Below, one piece after another: positions 1 through 13,683 of a stretch of DNA of 64,000 bases; positions within the stretch are counted from its first letter, which is position 1, and each line of letters begins with the position of its first letter. The translations under genes were made by a program, and so were the position numbers. Origin of the DNA: Octopus sinensis (taxonomy: Eukaryota); the NCBI RefSeq assembly GCF_006345805.1, contig NC_043012.1, positions 13,330,001-13,394,000 on the forward strand, in the 5' to 3' direction. Below the pieces are notes generated by a model that did not search any database, was not told where the DNA came from, and was given only the letters and a program-made list of their open reading frames with translations.

Positions 1-1268
1 AGAAATTAAGTGCATATTTAAGAGTTGTAATGTACCAGCAGAAAAAGCGTGTGAAAGCAAGGCCAAGACGTACACATCAGTGTTAGTGTCATCCATACTT
101 TCACTCAAATGAGAAGTTTATTCAATCCCTTGATACCAAAGGTCACAGTTTCAACATGCAACCTCCAGGTAGTACATATTGGGCGATAATTATTTTGCTT
201 TTGTAGTTGCTGTATTGTCTTGGTATGAGTTACTGGATATCAATGATAATTCTCTTCGATTTTTAATCATGCTTTCATGTGGAAAATTATCGTTTATCGC
301 CCTCGGATTATTTGTGGAATTGACTTGTACGTTAGTTAGTTTTGGTATTCTTGTTATTTTTATTAAATTTGGAACGTATTCTATTTTCCCTTTTCACTAA
401 TCATTAATTTTGTTTGTATTTTTGCAACCATACTTTTTAATTCTCGCATTTTATTGGATTGGGTTTCTTCTCTCTCTCTCCCTCTATTTTTTCTATAGAT
501 CTATTAATTTTCACCTACTTTTCTGTTCGTTCGAAGGTCTCTGGAAAACTTTCTCTTTCTAATTGATTTCCAATACGCTTGATTTTTTTTTTATTTAATT
601 CTCATCTTATACACTTAGTACATTTTCCTGTAAACTTCATTTTCCACATGAAGTTTATTCCATTCATTAAACGTAATTTGTGTATTGGAATGTTCTGAGG
701 TTATTAAACATTTGCAGAGTTTGTAACTTGATTCTTTGTCCATTTTTGTTTCTAATTTTTCTCATTAAAAACGATTTTGTGAGGATTGACTTTTTTTTTC
801 AATATTGCCTCAGTTCCCCTTGCATTAATACATACAGGGAATTTTGATCATGTCAGTGACCTTCTGATCTTATATTGTTTATTTGCATATTTAAATGTTT
901 CTGAAAAAAACAAGACACTTCATACAGTGAAAATATTTTTTTTAATGGTTTTCTTCAGTGTTGTTAATTTAAAATAAAAGAGAAACCGATGTGTTTATTC
1001 TCCAGCATTAGAGAGCAGTTGCCACAATTAATTCCAAAACAATTACATCTGAAGAGCGCAGGGTTACATAATCGGAGTGTTGATTAAAATTCCGATGAAG
1101 CCTTTGTACGAAACCGATTGATTAGATCGGCAGTAATAGGTATATAATACTGTACACTTTGTATAGTATACCATATCTACTGACAGATATGCGAACGCAT
1201 TTTATTGACTTATGGATTCCTACACAGCTTACACATGCACACATACAACGCGCATACATACACACACA

Positions 1269-1316
<48 letters not shown>

Positions 1317-1467
1317 GAGAGAGAGAGAGAGAGAGACAGACAGTCATTTAGACAGACAGACATTTAGATAGATAGGTAAATAGACAGATACATACATAGA
1401 TAGACAGTTTGACAAATAGATAGATAGATAGAAAGATAGATAAATAATTGAGGCGAGGTTCTAATTA

Positions 1468-2900
1468 TCAATATTCCACCATTGGCTGCATATCGTCAAA
1501 CTCCCCCTCAACTCCCACTGGATCAATATCCCTTCCAAATATTTTATTTAACCTGTTATACCTCTCTTTATCTATTGCATTCACATTTTCCAAGGAAATA
1601 TCCGTAGGCAAGTAAACCCTTATTACGGATTTAAACTTCGGTATGTTTTCTTTTATATTCCCCTTCTCTTGCGCATCTTCAGCTTCCATGTTTGTTTGAT
1701 TTTTTTCTTTGCTCCACTCTTGGCGCCTTCCCTCGGTATTTATCCTCCTCCATATTAGTTATAGTCACTGCTTCACTTTTGTGCTGTTGTCTCCTTACAC
1801 CATCCAAATCTTCCTCCTCCGCTAGTGTAGCTAATACACTTGCTACTGCCACCTCTTTCACAAGCCCCTCGTAAAGTTCCTTCTCCAACTGTTTTACAAC
1901 CCCCTTCTCCACCTCCTTATCTCCTTTTTTTTCTTTTTCTGCCTCTGCGGCGGAGAGTTTACTCTTTCTTTTCTTTTTCGTATTTTAACCACTATGAACG
2001 CTTCCTTTCTTATTACCGTCATTTCAAACCATCTTGTACCGCTTCGTCCACCTCTTGCTCTTCAGACTATTCCATCTGTTGTTCTTCCTCTCTGTCTGTG
2101 CATATCGTCTTAATGTGTCGGCCTTTTTCCCCACATTGATAACATATACGAGGCCTGCCCTCCACTACTATTCTCAGCCTCACATCCTCTGTTAAATCTA
2201 TTTCCTCCAGAATTTCGTTAATATCTTTCAAAATCGCTTGTATGGCCATCTCTATGCTATAACCCCACCAATATAACCATATGGTTCTCGTCACTTTCAG
2301 TATTTTCGCGTCATCCTCCATGTTGAATATTATCACTGCTACCACCCATGTTTCATTTATATCCGGGGGTTCTTTTCCTACTCTCACCCTGGCCAAACGC
2401 TTGCCACAGTACGATGGCAAAAGTACCCATTCATCCGTCTTTTTGGCTACAGGGGATTACTGTATCGCTTCGTCTTCAGTCGCGAATCGCACATCGCACA
2501 TCCACTATGCTATACGTTCTTCCTCTCGTGATGTATGTCGTGACCTTTTTAATTTCTTTCAAGCATTCTTTAACAACTTCGATATTTTCGATTTCGCTTT
2601 CCTATCTTCCCCTCACGAAGGTTCTACCTTCCCCTCACGAATCTCTAAAGCATCAGAATCCACTCCAATGCCTGTTTCTGCCGCATAACTGTGGCTGGTA
2701 CGTGTTCCATAACTCTCATAAATGGGAAGGAAACAATCACAGTTTTAAAATTTCGTATGCAAAGAACAGCAACAGTAATTTCAACAATTCAACAAATAGG
2801 TTCACCATTACGGGATACCTTCATCAGACAAATAACAATACTACTCACGTCTAACAGGAATCAAAAATGATTGAACAGAATAGAAAAAAAAACAGCGGCG
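1468..2900 (-). mobile_element. Decayed gag-like ORF1 of an L1/Tx1-type non-LTR retrotransposon (copy A), no ORF2 seen
   Basis: Broken minus-strand reading frames (ORFs 2067-2420, 1679-1912, 1468-1689) include VVEGRPRICYQCGEKGRHIKTIC, a CCHC-type knuckle preceded by the EGRP motif typical of L1/Tx1 ORF1 proteins. Collinear with copy B. Confidence 0.6.
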
Positions 2901-3174
2901 AGTACTAATTCTTTTATTAAGTACTTAGGCTCTTACACAGGGGGGACAGCACAAGGACAGTCAAAACACCAAAGTGGGGACAAAACCATAGAACGAATGA
3001 ATAATGAGAAAAATGTTATATAAAAATGAAATGTCTGCCTGAGCAACACTATCATGCAGTAAAATTTGATCATTTTTATGCACAGTTTATAATATTTTCT
3101 TTTTTTCCTTTGTCTTTGTTTCTATTATCATGGTTTTACTTGTTTTAATGTCTCCTAAATTGTTCCAGCTCTCT

Positions 3175-4520
3175 CTATTCCGCCACTGGTGACAGTTCGT
3201 GAAACTCCACCGCAACTCCCGGCGAATGAATCTCCCCTCTATACATTTCCTTTAACCTGTTACATCTATCTTTATCAATTACGATGGCCTTCACACTTTC
3301 CGGGTAAATATCATTAGACAACTTAAACTTTATATAAGACTTGAACTGCTTTATCTTTCTTTCCCTTGCTGTGTCCTTAGTACATATAACGAAATTCCAG
3401 CTGTGCATTTTCGCCTTTCGCCCTTGTTTTCCTTTTCTCTGCCCCTCTCTTGACACATTCCCTCTGTCCTTATCCTCCTCCATTTTGGTTATCATTGCTG
3501 TTTCTCTTTCATGCTGTTATCTTCTATACCGCCTAAAACTTCTTCTTTCTCCCCAGTTATAGCTATTCCCCTTCGTACTGTCTCCTGCTCCTCAGACTGT
3601 TTCATCTGCTTCTTCTCCCCTCTCTCTGGGGGCTACCCGCCTTCATATGACTCTTTTCTCCACACAGGCAGCACATGGGAGGTCCACCCTCCACCACCAC
3701 TCTCAGCCTCACATCCTCGGCAAAACCACCTTCTCCGCAATCCTGTCCAGCTCACTTAAACCTGCCTGCACGGCAATCTCTATTCCATAATCCCAACAAT
3801 TCAACTCTCTGGTCCTCGTCACTCTCAGCACTCTTGTATTCTCCCCCATGTTGAACATCATCGCTGCCACCAACCATGTTTCATTTATTTCTGGTGGCAC
3901 CTATCCCACTCCAATCACAGCAACACGCTTGCCACAGTATGTTGCCAAATGTACCCATTCCGCCGTTTTTATGGCTTCAGTGGAGTGCGTCATCGTTTTG
4001 TCCTCCGTCGCGAATCACACCTCCTCCGCGCTATACTTCCTTCCTTGTGAGATAAAGGTGGTGAATCTTTTAATTTCTTTCAAGCACTCCTCAATATCTT
4101 CAACGATTGCTATTTCCATTTCCTTGGATGACACCTTCAGTGTATTAATTATAATAGTTCTTTCTGTCACACCGTTCGTTAGTTCCAATGGTGGCGTCAG
4201 TTTCAAAGTATTGCCTTCCTTTTTCAACAAATTTTCACACTCTTTCAGCTTCCTCAGTTCCACCTTCACCTCACGAACCTCCAAAGCTTCAGAGTCCACT
4301 CTGGCCCTTTGCTGGTACTTTTTCCATCTCCCCCATAAATGGAACTAAAACAAACACAATTCAACAATATCGTATGCAAACAACAGTAACAGTCATTTCA
4401 ACAATGAATAATTGTAGGTACAGCCACGAAGGGAGACCTTCAACAAATAATTAACAATGTGACTCACGTCTAACGGGGATCAAAATGAAGAAACGGAAAA
4501 GAAAAGGAGCGGTGACTACT
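3175..4520 (-). mobile_element. Decayed gag-like ORF1 of an L1/Tx1-type element (copy B), diverged paralog of copy A
   Basis: PPEINETWLVAAMMFNM matches PPDINETWVVAVIIFNM of copy A. Degenerate knuckle CCLCGEKSHMKAGS near 3620-3680. Similar C-terminus (FKSYIK...DKDRCNRL vs FKSVIR...DKERYNRL) and shared 5' motif TTGATYCCYGTTAGACGTGAGT. Confidence 0.6.
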
Positions 4521-5029
4521 CATCCGGCATTTCACTCTGTTCTTATTTATCGTAATCGGTCAGTTCACATTCAGACACGCGGTGTTGTTGAGGAATCTCC
4601 CATAGCACTACATATGCATAATCTGAACAATACCATTGTTTACGTGAATCCCGATGGTTTAAACTTAAATATATGCAGAATAAATATACAGTATTTATAA
4701 TATAGTATAATTTGTATAATTTCAAGTAAACTTAGGTGAGAAAACAAACTCAACTATAACCAGTGTGGTGCAAATTGCCAACAATGATGAATATTGGAGA
4801 CACTACATACACATCATTGTTCAGGTCGTCATTTTTGGCTTAATGAAAAATAAATCATATGATTTATTTAATTAAAAATGTCCTCAAACGATAGATTAAT
4901 AAATTTAAAATATGTAATTAATTGTATACAAATTTGTTCAATGACGTCAAGTGCTTCTATTCTTTATTGGTAAATTGTCCATCTCAAATTTAAAAGAAAC
5001 ATATACACACACAAAATACATACAGATGC

Positions 5030-5355
5030 GCCACAAACACACATGCCACAGACACACACGCCACAAACGCACATTCCATAAACATACATTCCACAAACAG
5101 ACACGCCAAAAACACACATTCCACAATCACACACGCCACGCCACAAACACACACGCGAGAAACACATACACCCGCAGACACACCAGGCACATACACACCA
5201 CAGACACACATTCCACAAACACACAAGCCACAAACACTCTCCACAAACACACTGACATACAGATGCGCTATGTTCCTATGCATCAAAGTACCTTCGCCCA
5301 AGGTTCATGGAAATTACACTGATGTTGGACACACCCTACACAATGCTCGTATAGC
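5030..5355 (+). repeat. CA-rich minisatellite-bearing interspersed repeat (copy 1), inverted relative to copy 2
   Basis: About 95-bp unique segment (atgcgctatgttcc...gctcgtatagc) plus CA-rich repeats; near-identical to the reverse complement of 7060-7310. Confidence 0.75.
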
Positions 5356-7042
5356 AATCAGACAACAGTAAGAATTGTAATATAATAGAAGAGCTTAAAT
5401 AAAATGACGAATGTGTTGTTCTTTTCTGAAAGCAAATCAAGTTTGGTGCGATGGGAAGTATCTGAACATTTCAAAATTCATTATATAATAGAGTTGAAAT
5501 CGTTAAGGGGATTTCGTTATCATGCTACAATATCCACATTTTGTGCACCAAAACGTGCAATATTTTATGTGTACCCGAATGAAGAAATTGTAAATGCGAT
5601 AAGATGATATATTGCTGAGTTGGAAAACCTTATTCGATTAGCCGTCCATCATCGAAAATGTGAATTCCTTTTTCTGCGAGAATGTACTTCATTTTGTGTT
5701 GTTTTACTATTTGAAGACATCTGTTTGCGAAAGATCGAAAGCTATAGGATAGTCATTATGTGGATTCTATTTGATTAGCTTTAGAGAAGTAAAAATAGGG
5801 ATAAAATAAATGTTATGATATACTATAACTACACTATAGGTGCAAGTGTAGATATGTGCAATAATGCGGGTTTCTGTGTACGCATCTATGGTAACTCCTA
5901 ACATTCCGACAACAGGATCAATACGATAAAAACAAGATTTAAAGATAGATACTCTTAAGATAGAATCATTGAAACCTTAAAGATGGCGCTCGACCAGACT
6001 TGCAGTCAAATGAGTGAAACCACAAAGAATAAAAAATAGAAAACCAACATTAATAGCATTACTATGAAAGCTACGTTTTATTAATACATACGTTATTTTA
6101 CAAGAAGCTTCAGCTGTTATGGAAGTGCATATCATTGAATTAAATTCAAAATTATAAAAGAAGTACAATCAGTTTGGTGTGTGTTAAATAATTCTTAAAG
6201 GCAACGATTTGGTGATCTGACCGATCAACAGAATATGTTTTCTTTTTCTTTCATATATATTGAAGATTACTCGGAAGATTGTTTCTAAGTGTTATAGGTA
6301 TTAAGGAACATAACAGCTTTTGCTCTCACCGTGCGATATGCTATAAACATAGGTAATAATACTGTGAAGAATTTTCCAGTTGTGATTCATTCCTGAAAGT
6401 GAAAAGAAGTTGAAAAACGCGTAAAAAGTTAATACAAAATAAACCTAAAGTTCTTGTGACACAGTGTATATGAAAATTCATATTATTTTCAATTATAAAT
6501 AGTTGTTCTAAATTTTGGCACAAGGACAGCAAATTTAGTCGATTATATCAACCCCAGCTGATACATATTTTATCAGTATTTTGCATTACAGCATTTTACT
6601 AAAAATGATGTAATGCAAAGTCCACACCGGCAGGATTTCCAACATAAAAAGGGATTAAACACCACTAAGCACTTTACCCGGCATGCTAACGATTCTGCCA
6701 ACAACCGCCATCAATTATAAATTATTACTTTTATAACTGCCGCGTAAATAATGGCATTCTTAGTTCTTCTTACTCTGTGCATGAATATATACGTTATCAT
6801 AAGTACATTTGGAAATGTCACTTATCAAATTACAAGGAGCATATGTGTCCACCTTGCCTGGGAGCTAGCTTAATAGAACGGGCGTATTCTATATTACAGC
6901 TACTGATATGCGATTCCATGTAAAATTACTTACATAAAGTTATGTGTGCAGCGGTCCACTGATATTTAGTATTGTTGCATTTCTTTGTTTTGCTTTTGTT
7001 GAGTTTTCAGCATAACGATTCGATAAGTGGAAATGTAATTTA

Positions 7043-7310
7043 AGCGGTAGTTCGCTACCGCTATACGAGCATTGTGTAGGGTGTGTCCAACATCAGTGTA
7101 ATTTCCATGAACCTTGGGCGCAGGTACTTTGATGCATAGGAACATAGCGCATGTGTCTGTGGTGTGTATGTGCCTGGTGTGTCTGCGGGTGTGTGTGTTT
7201 CTCGCGTGTGTGATTGTGGAATGTGTGTTTTTTGCGTGTCTGTTTGTGGAATCTATGTTTATGGAATGTGTGTTTGTGGCATGTGTCTATGGCGTGTGTT
7301 TTTCTAAACG
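7043..7310 (-). repeat. CA-rich minisatellite-bearing repeat (copy 2) with terminal stem-loop; possibly Helentron-associated (HINE/DINE-like)
   Basis: Reverse complement of copy 1, extended by a perfect 8-bp hairpin agcggtag-ttcg-ctaccgct at 7043-7062. The family assignment is inference. Confidence 0.55.
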
Positions 7311-8588
7311 CGTTATATACAGACAATTCTAGCAATAATGATATATATTATTCTTTCTACTTCATAACAGTAAATTGTGATTTCAGCTAGAAATACATGG
7401 ATAATTAAGACATTCGTTTTCAGAATGATTCTTCTACCTGCAGTTCATTCCAGAAACCGTTCAGAGTGTAACTTCAGAGTCTAACACTCATGTCACATTC
7501 TTATTTAGAATCCAATTGCAACTGTTGCTATTAGTCTAATAAATAGCAAATAAGGTGTCCTGTAAAAACTTAATTCTTGTCAAATTATCAATTTCTAAAA
7601 ACTTGAGTGATGAGTGCTTACCAATTTGCAGCTTTTGTCAGGTTAGTGGAAAAAAATATCCTCCGAAGTGTGAGAAAAATATTTGAAATATATTACCAGG
7701 GTAAAAATAAACGATGATTTCTTGGGTGTCGTAAAATCTTCGTGTACGTGACGAAACAAATTTGATAGCATTTTCAAATTTTGGAAATTTCTACAAGAGG
7801 AGACTGATCTGTTACGGAGAAATTATTCAATTAATGTGTCTACTAAAGTAGACACATTGCATAACGTATCTAATTATAACTTTTCTATCTCATATTCTAC
7901 ATAATTATCTTCTATATAACTTGAATATTTCATTCATAATATAAATGTTTTAAAATAATGAGAATCACTGGCTTTGTAATGAAGAGAGAATACTAAACTG
8001 CAGTGCGAATCATTTAAAATGCGCAAGGCTTAACTATTTTTATAATACTGAAGCACTTGTAAGCGCTTCGAATGGTATAACTTTATTTGCACTGCCTGTT
8101 AAAATTGAATGAGAAATGCTTACAGCTCGAGTAGCATCAGTATGCGAAACACTTTGCCAGTTATACATATTGAGTGTATGTAGCAATGACTCACAGGGAT
8201 AATGTTAATCATTGCAAATTAAACAGAAAAAGAAAGTTTATTGTAAATGAAAGGAACTGAATTTCATTTCTATACACACAAACATACAAGCACACCTCTA
8301 TATGAGAGATATATTTATTAAAAACAAGAAGACGCATGCCACATAACATAATTGTTTTAGATTAATATTTAAGAAATAAACGGGAAATTATAACTTTTTA
8401 AACGTCATTTTTCATCAGTGGGAAAATGCAAAGAAAGGAGGAAGTGTCCCAGGGAAATGTTCTTTCGTGAAATGGAATTAGGTAGTGGGGTAAGACGGGT
8501 GCATGTGTTAGCAGGTATCCAAATATACGTTTCATCTGGATTAGGCATAGTGGGAAGCGTGTTATGTACATTGTTTATGGATACGCGT

Positions 8589-8952
8589 AGGAGTGATTGT
8601 GTGGTATGTAGCTTGCTTACCGACCACATGGTTCCGGTTTCAGTCCAACTGCGTGGACCCTTGGGCAAGTGTCTTCTACTATAGCCTCGGGCCGACTAAA
8701 GCCTTGTGAGTTAATTTGGTAGAAGGGAACGGAAAGAACCCCGTCATAAATATGTGTGTGTGTATGTTTGTTTGTGTTTGTCTCCCCAAATCGCTTGACA
8801 ACAGATGCTGGTGTGTTTATGTCCCCGTAACATAGCGGTTCGGGTAAAGACCGATAAAATAAGTACTAGGCTTACAAAGAATAAATCCTGGGGTGGATTT
8901 GCTCGACTAAAGGCGGCGTTCCAATGACTGAAACAAGTAAAAGAGTTAAAAG
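8589..8952 (+). mobile_element. tRNA-headed SINE (type 1: ...cttgggcaagtgtcttctactatagcctcgggccgac...gactgaaacaagtaaaagag)
   Basis: Same body recurs at 25795, 34880, 36118 (-), 60120 and 63875 (-); Pol III-like head and internal (TA)/(TG) tract. Confidence 0.8.
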
Positions 8953-10260
8953 AGTAAGTCAAGGAATGTAGAAAGTTACATGGCTGCAGGTAGAGTGGTG
9001 TGGATGGCAGGGGTTCGAAGCGTTAGAGTTTCTTAGTGATCGTCTTTTGTGTGTGAGTGAGTATGTGTGTGTGCGTGCGCGCAGAATACGTAGGAATACT
9101 TTAGTGAGAAGATGGATGCTGGTAAAGAATAGGTTGTTGGCAAAGAATAAGATGAAAGTTGGAGGAAGTATGATTACAAGAAAATAATGAGGCAATTTTA
9201 GTTATTTTTTCTGTGACAGAGGAACATGGAAGGCACATGAAAGAGTATAAAGCATAAGAAGGAACAGTGAAAAGCGAGTAGAGAAGTGGAATTCAAGGAA
9301 AGTTTTGAGAAGAGGTAAATGACAGAACCGATAGAAACGTTATTCAGAATAAAGAGGACAAATTGAATTATAATAAAACACATAGAAAAATTGAGAAGTT
9401 TTGTCAGCACATAAATTTGAAACAACACACTAAAACAGTAGATAGACTTACTAAAACATTAGATATATGCGTGGTCACATGTCTAAAACACATTCTCATT
9501 AGAGATCAATTTCTTTTAAATCTCAATATATATGTGATGCGTGCTGTAGCAAAAATACCGAATGTATGAAACATATAATAAGTGTCTCAACGTATTGCAA
9601 ATTCAAATAAGAAAGAATAAATGAAACTCTGATCAACATGATCGTAGTACATTTTCAGTTCAAATGTCACCAGCATCAGCTTATTAATTGTCTACTCACA
9701 CCTTTAAAATATTTCGTAGATAAACGATTGTTTTGGTATTCTTCGGCGTAAAACAGATTTTCTTTGTAAATCAAGAATATGAAATAATGTCTTATGATCT
9801 ATTTTCTCAACAATTTCAACAAGCGGTAATTGCATATTATACGAATGAAATGATATGATTTCGACTTCCAGTTTTGTAGAAAGTGCATATGAAATACATT
9901 TAAATAATTTAAAACACGATGGGCATCACTGATGCCTGCTTTCCAAATATGTAAGATATTGTGCCTTCTCAAAACAAACATATATTCATTAATGTTGTCG
10001 AAATAAGCAAATTCATAACAGCTCAAAGCTTAGAGCTGTGTTCGTTTAATTCGTTGACCTCTAATTCTTTTAAATTCATTCTTTTTACTTCATTGTTATA
10101 TTCTCTTTCTTTCTGTTTTATTTTGGTTTTAAGGATATGAACTGCAATTTATTTTAAGTCGTATATAGTTTTAAAATACGACAGATGAGCACTTTCTGAT
10201 AATACTATATACAATTCTCATTGAGAAGTACCAAGTAAAACTTAATCTGCAAAGCGTAAG

Positions 10261-10298
<38 letters not shown>

Positions 10299-10493
10299 AC
10301 TGTCTCAATATTTTTAGTGACGCTTAGACGAAATGTACAGTTGATGCACATCTTGCGAGTTTCCTATGATTTTTCTATTACTATGATTTTGAAACGGTCT
10401 TCCATTGTGGACACGAATATTTAACATGAGAGATAGTCTTTCCAAATCTTGACTAGCAGCAGAAATGACTGGAAACATACCCCTATTTTGTCA

Positions 10494-11548
10494 TTAATAC
10501 CAAGAGTCTGACAAAGCGAAGATGATACAGAGTAAGAGGAATATATAAATTTTTGACAAAAGTATTTTGTCTACTTTATGATACGTTAGAAAATATTTTC
10601 GATAACAATTTAGAGTTTTTAATATTTTGTTTAAATGGGGTTTCTGAGACACCAACACTATTTCTTGATCGATTTGATTGTTGTGGAATTTCTGGAGTTG
10701 AATTAGTGGTCGATCCAGTCTAGTGAGAATGCAGTGTACACACAATTACTGACTCGACAGTAGAACATTCGATGACAAATGTCACAATTAAAAAGGTATA
10801 TTAGATATACATGGGATCCCGAGAATTATTACCCAATAGTTATTTTCTGTTTCAGAAAAGAAAACAATGTTTGTAAGAAAGACAATAATTATAAGAGAAA
10901 CTTTCACTCCAGATGCAGGCGGCAATAAATGAACAGAAAAGATCCATAACGTTGGGTGTATACTTTTGGTTACTGTTGCACTGCTAACGTTTCTCTTGCC
11001 TTGAACTGTACGATCAACTGCTATAATATACTCCTTTTCGCCGTGACTCTCTTAAAAATTGAAATCCCATTGATTTCATTTAGATTTTTTCCTCTACGTA
11101 CATGTGATACTCAAAGCAAAACGTTATATCACATTGGTACTCATCGAAAGGATATTTTTCACTGTTAATCCTGCAGAAGGGTTTGAATATTTTGTCTATA
11201 TATAAGTGGCTGATCCTATCGGTATTGTCAGTGGCTACTTTGAACAGATGAAAACAACCGACATTCCCCGTTACGATATTACATATTTATATGTTAGGAT
11301 ACGGAATTTCAGATAAGAAAACATTTGTAAGATTTATACCATAAACTGAATATTCCCTTTCAGATTAACGGCCATCCATTTTATGCTATCCTTGTTTATT
11401 GTAAGTGACATATTTACGCATTTGATATTCTCATCGTCATCAACAGGTATCTTTGTTTTATGATAAGTTTTGAATAAGTCGGGAGAAAAGCCGTTTTCTT
11501 ATGGGGAAGCGCTTCCACATGACATAAACATTACAGCAATTATTCCAC
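10494..11548 (-). pseudogene. Chemotactile-receptor-like (Cys-loop) pseudogene
   Basis: Collinear with CR-A/B/C: HLYIDKIFKPFCRINSEKYPFDEYQCDITFCF (Cys-loop), FSVHLLPPASGVKVSLIIIVFLTNIVFFSETE (M1-M2), KVDKILLSKIYIFLLLCIIFALS (M4). Start codon changed to GTG (11546-11548), premature TAA after the signal peptide, further stops, multi-codon deletions and frameshifts. Confidence 0.92.
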
Positions 11549-12168
11549 GATCATTTATTAAAAGGAAATATTCCGTTTTGTTATTTCGCATTATGTTAGA
11601 AGTTTGCAAATATATTACATTTTTCTATAGATTTCTCCTATATATTTGAAACATATAGGACATCTTGACAAACGATTTTTTAAAAGTATTCTAATAATAA
11701 AAATGGTATGAGTTACATATGTACTGACAATCTATATTCTGTCCAAATTAATAGATAAACGTCTAAATTAAAAGAGCTTCAATTGCTTTGCATTTCATAG
11801 GATTGTCTATGCTTATGTAATACAAACAAAAGAATATCATATATTTCAGCATGTCTTTTCATGAATGTTATCGTATATGATCAGGAATTTCAAATGTCTG
11901 TAGCATTTTAGATGACCTTCGAATATGTGAGATAATGTGTATGGTCTGCCTGCGTATGTAGAAGGTACGAAATTATTCGTTCTGAACCTTAATTCCCTTA
12001 ATTACGTGTTCTTATGTCTCTTCCAGACTGTTGCAAACGTTTCCCCTTTGTTTCCTATGACTCTCCCTTTCTCTCTATGCACAAGCCAATACATAATATG
12101 TTTGAAGCATAAGCCTTAAATGTTTCGAAGATCGAATATAAATTTAACACTTGCAAACCATGAATAAA

Positions 12169-12684
12169 TCTATATATATAAAACTGTAGTTGTGTGAGTA
12201 TCTGTCCCCTTCGATTTAGATTCCTAACTACTCCCACATTTTGCGGTGCAGTTTAACCAAATTCGGGTATCTTATAGTCGTGATTCATACCGAGCCCGTC
12301 TGAGTATTAGCGCGCGTCTACAATGAGTCTACGATTTTAAAAATAATTTAACATCATTTTTTATTCCATTTTAATGCATAATTTTTCGTGTGTCGATGGC
12401 GGCGGAGTTGGTGTCCACGCTCAAACACCTGCACCTGTGTTTGCTTCTCCCCTTCTTCCCTCCCTCGTGAAGCTGTGGGGAAGGGAGTGTAAGGAAATCA
12501 ACGTCGTAAAGCGTTGTCAAGGAGACCAGCGTTCTTTTAGAACAACGACTTAATGGCTTGAAGACACCAAAACAGAAATGGCTAAGAAAGCCCGAATTGG
12601 CATCTATAAGGGAAGTAACTCTCTAAAAATGCTTATATAGTTATTTCCCTTACAAACCCGAGCAACGCCGGGTGATACTGCTAG
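12169..12684 (+). mobile_element. Non-autonomous Helitron (516 bp)
   Basis: Starts TC(TATATATATAAAA) after an A. Ends with hairpin ACCCG-agcaacgc-CGGGT, 7 nt, then CTAG followed by T. A|T target, no TSD. Interrupts the upstream flank shared with CR-A. Confidence 0.75.
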
Positions 12685-12787
12685 TACTACATAAAAAATA
12701 TATCTTGTAATTGGTAATTATATTCTTTTCTTATGGACACTCCGACAATTTCCATTTTCATATATATATACATACATAAATACATAC

Positions 12788-12875
<88 letters not shown>

Positions 12876-13683
12876 CAAACGTTAATCATTTTTATATTTG
12901 CTAACAAAATGGTTACTGAACAATTGGTGTTTTCAGTTGTGTATATTTTTGTTTGTTTTGTCTTCTCATGTGCCGTCTGATCAGAAAGGAAGATGTATTT
13001 GAGGAGATGACACGGATGGAATGGTTAAAACTCGTTATCGACAAATCTGCATAGAATATGCTGCTCATACTGATCTTGAAAAGAGTAGAATTAGGAAACA
13101 TGCAGCGATGCAAATTGGTCTCCTACATGGTCTCACCCACGTGGAGGACCGCTCGTTGGGAAAGCATGTTTCTTGAATATTCCTTTCCTCTTTAGATAGA
13201 AAACACCGAAAAAAATTATATCATGATGAAAATGTCAGAGAATGTTACATACGTGAAAACATTATTCACACTAAGAAAAATATTAGAATGCATAAAAGGC
13301 AGTAAATAGAGGCTTAAACAAATCCTGTGTCGTTCAGAAGAAAAAGGAGAAGCAAACACAGATAAGTAAAATACTAAGAAGAAAGAGAAAAGGCTTAATA
13401 CAACGCCAAAAGAATCCAGAATACCTTCCAGCAAATGTGGAGAAAGTGCATTTGGACGAAAAATCTGGGAAATGTGCATCAAGGGAAAGTGCATTCTATA
13501 TATGTTTTAACTGGAGTATTTTGTATTCAGCCATTCTTTGGAACAATCTCATCCTCTGATCTGTGCATTACTTTCAGGTATACAGTATACATAAGAAAAA
13601 ATCAAATGAACATTCATTTCATTTCTGTCACGAAAAATAATAGAAAAAAAAATGACCTGCGAATCGTTTCATTGTAGAGAAGT

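Noticed and set aside
1-400. Minus-strand DTNTDVYVLALLSHAF, resembling a DTDV motif of some transposon-associated proteins
   Set aside because: Too short, interrupted by stops and at the window edge; cannot support a call.
5400-5720. Protein-like minus-strand reading between the inverted repeats
   Set aside because: Multiple stops and no recognisable family motif.
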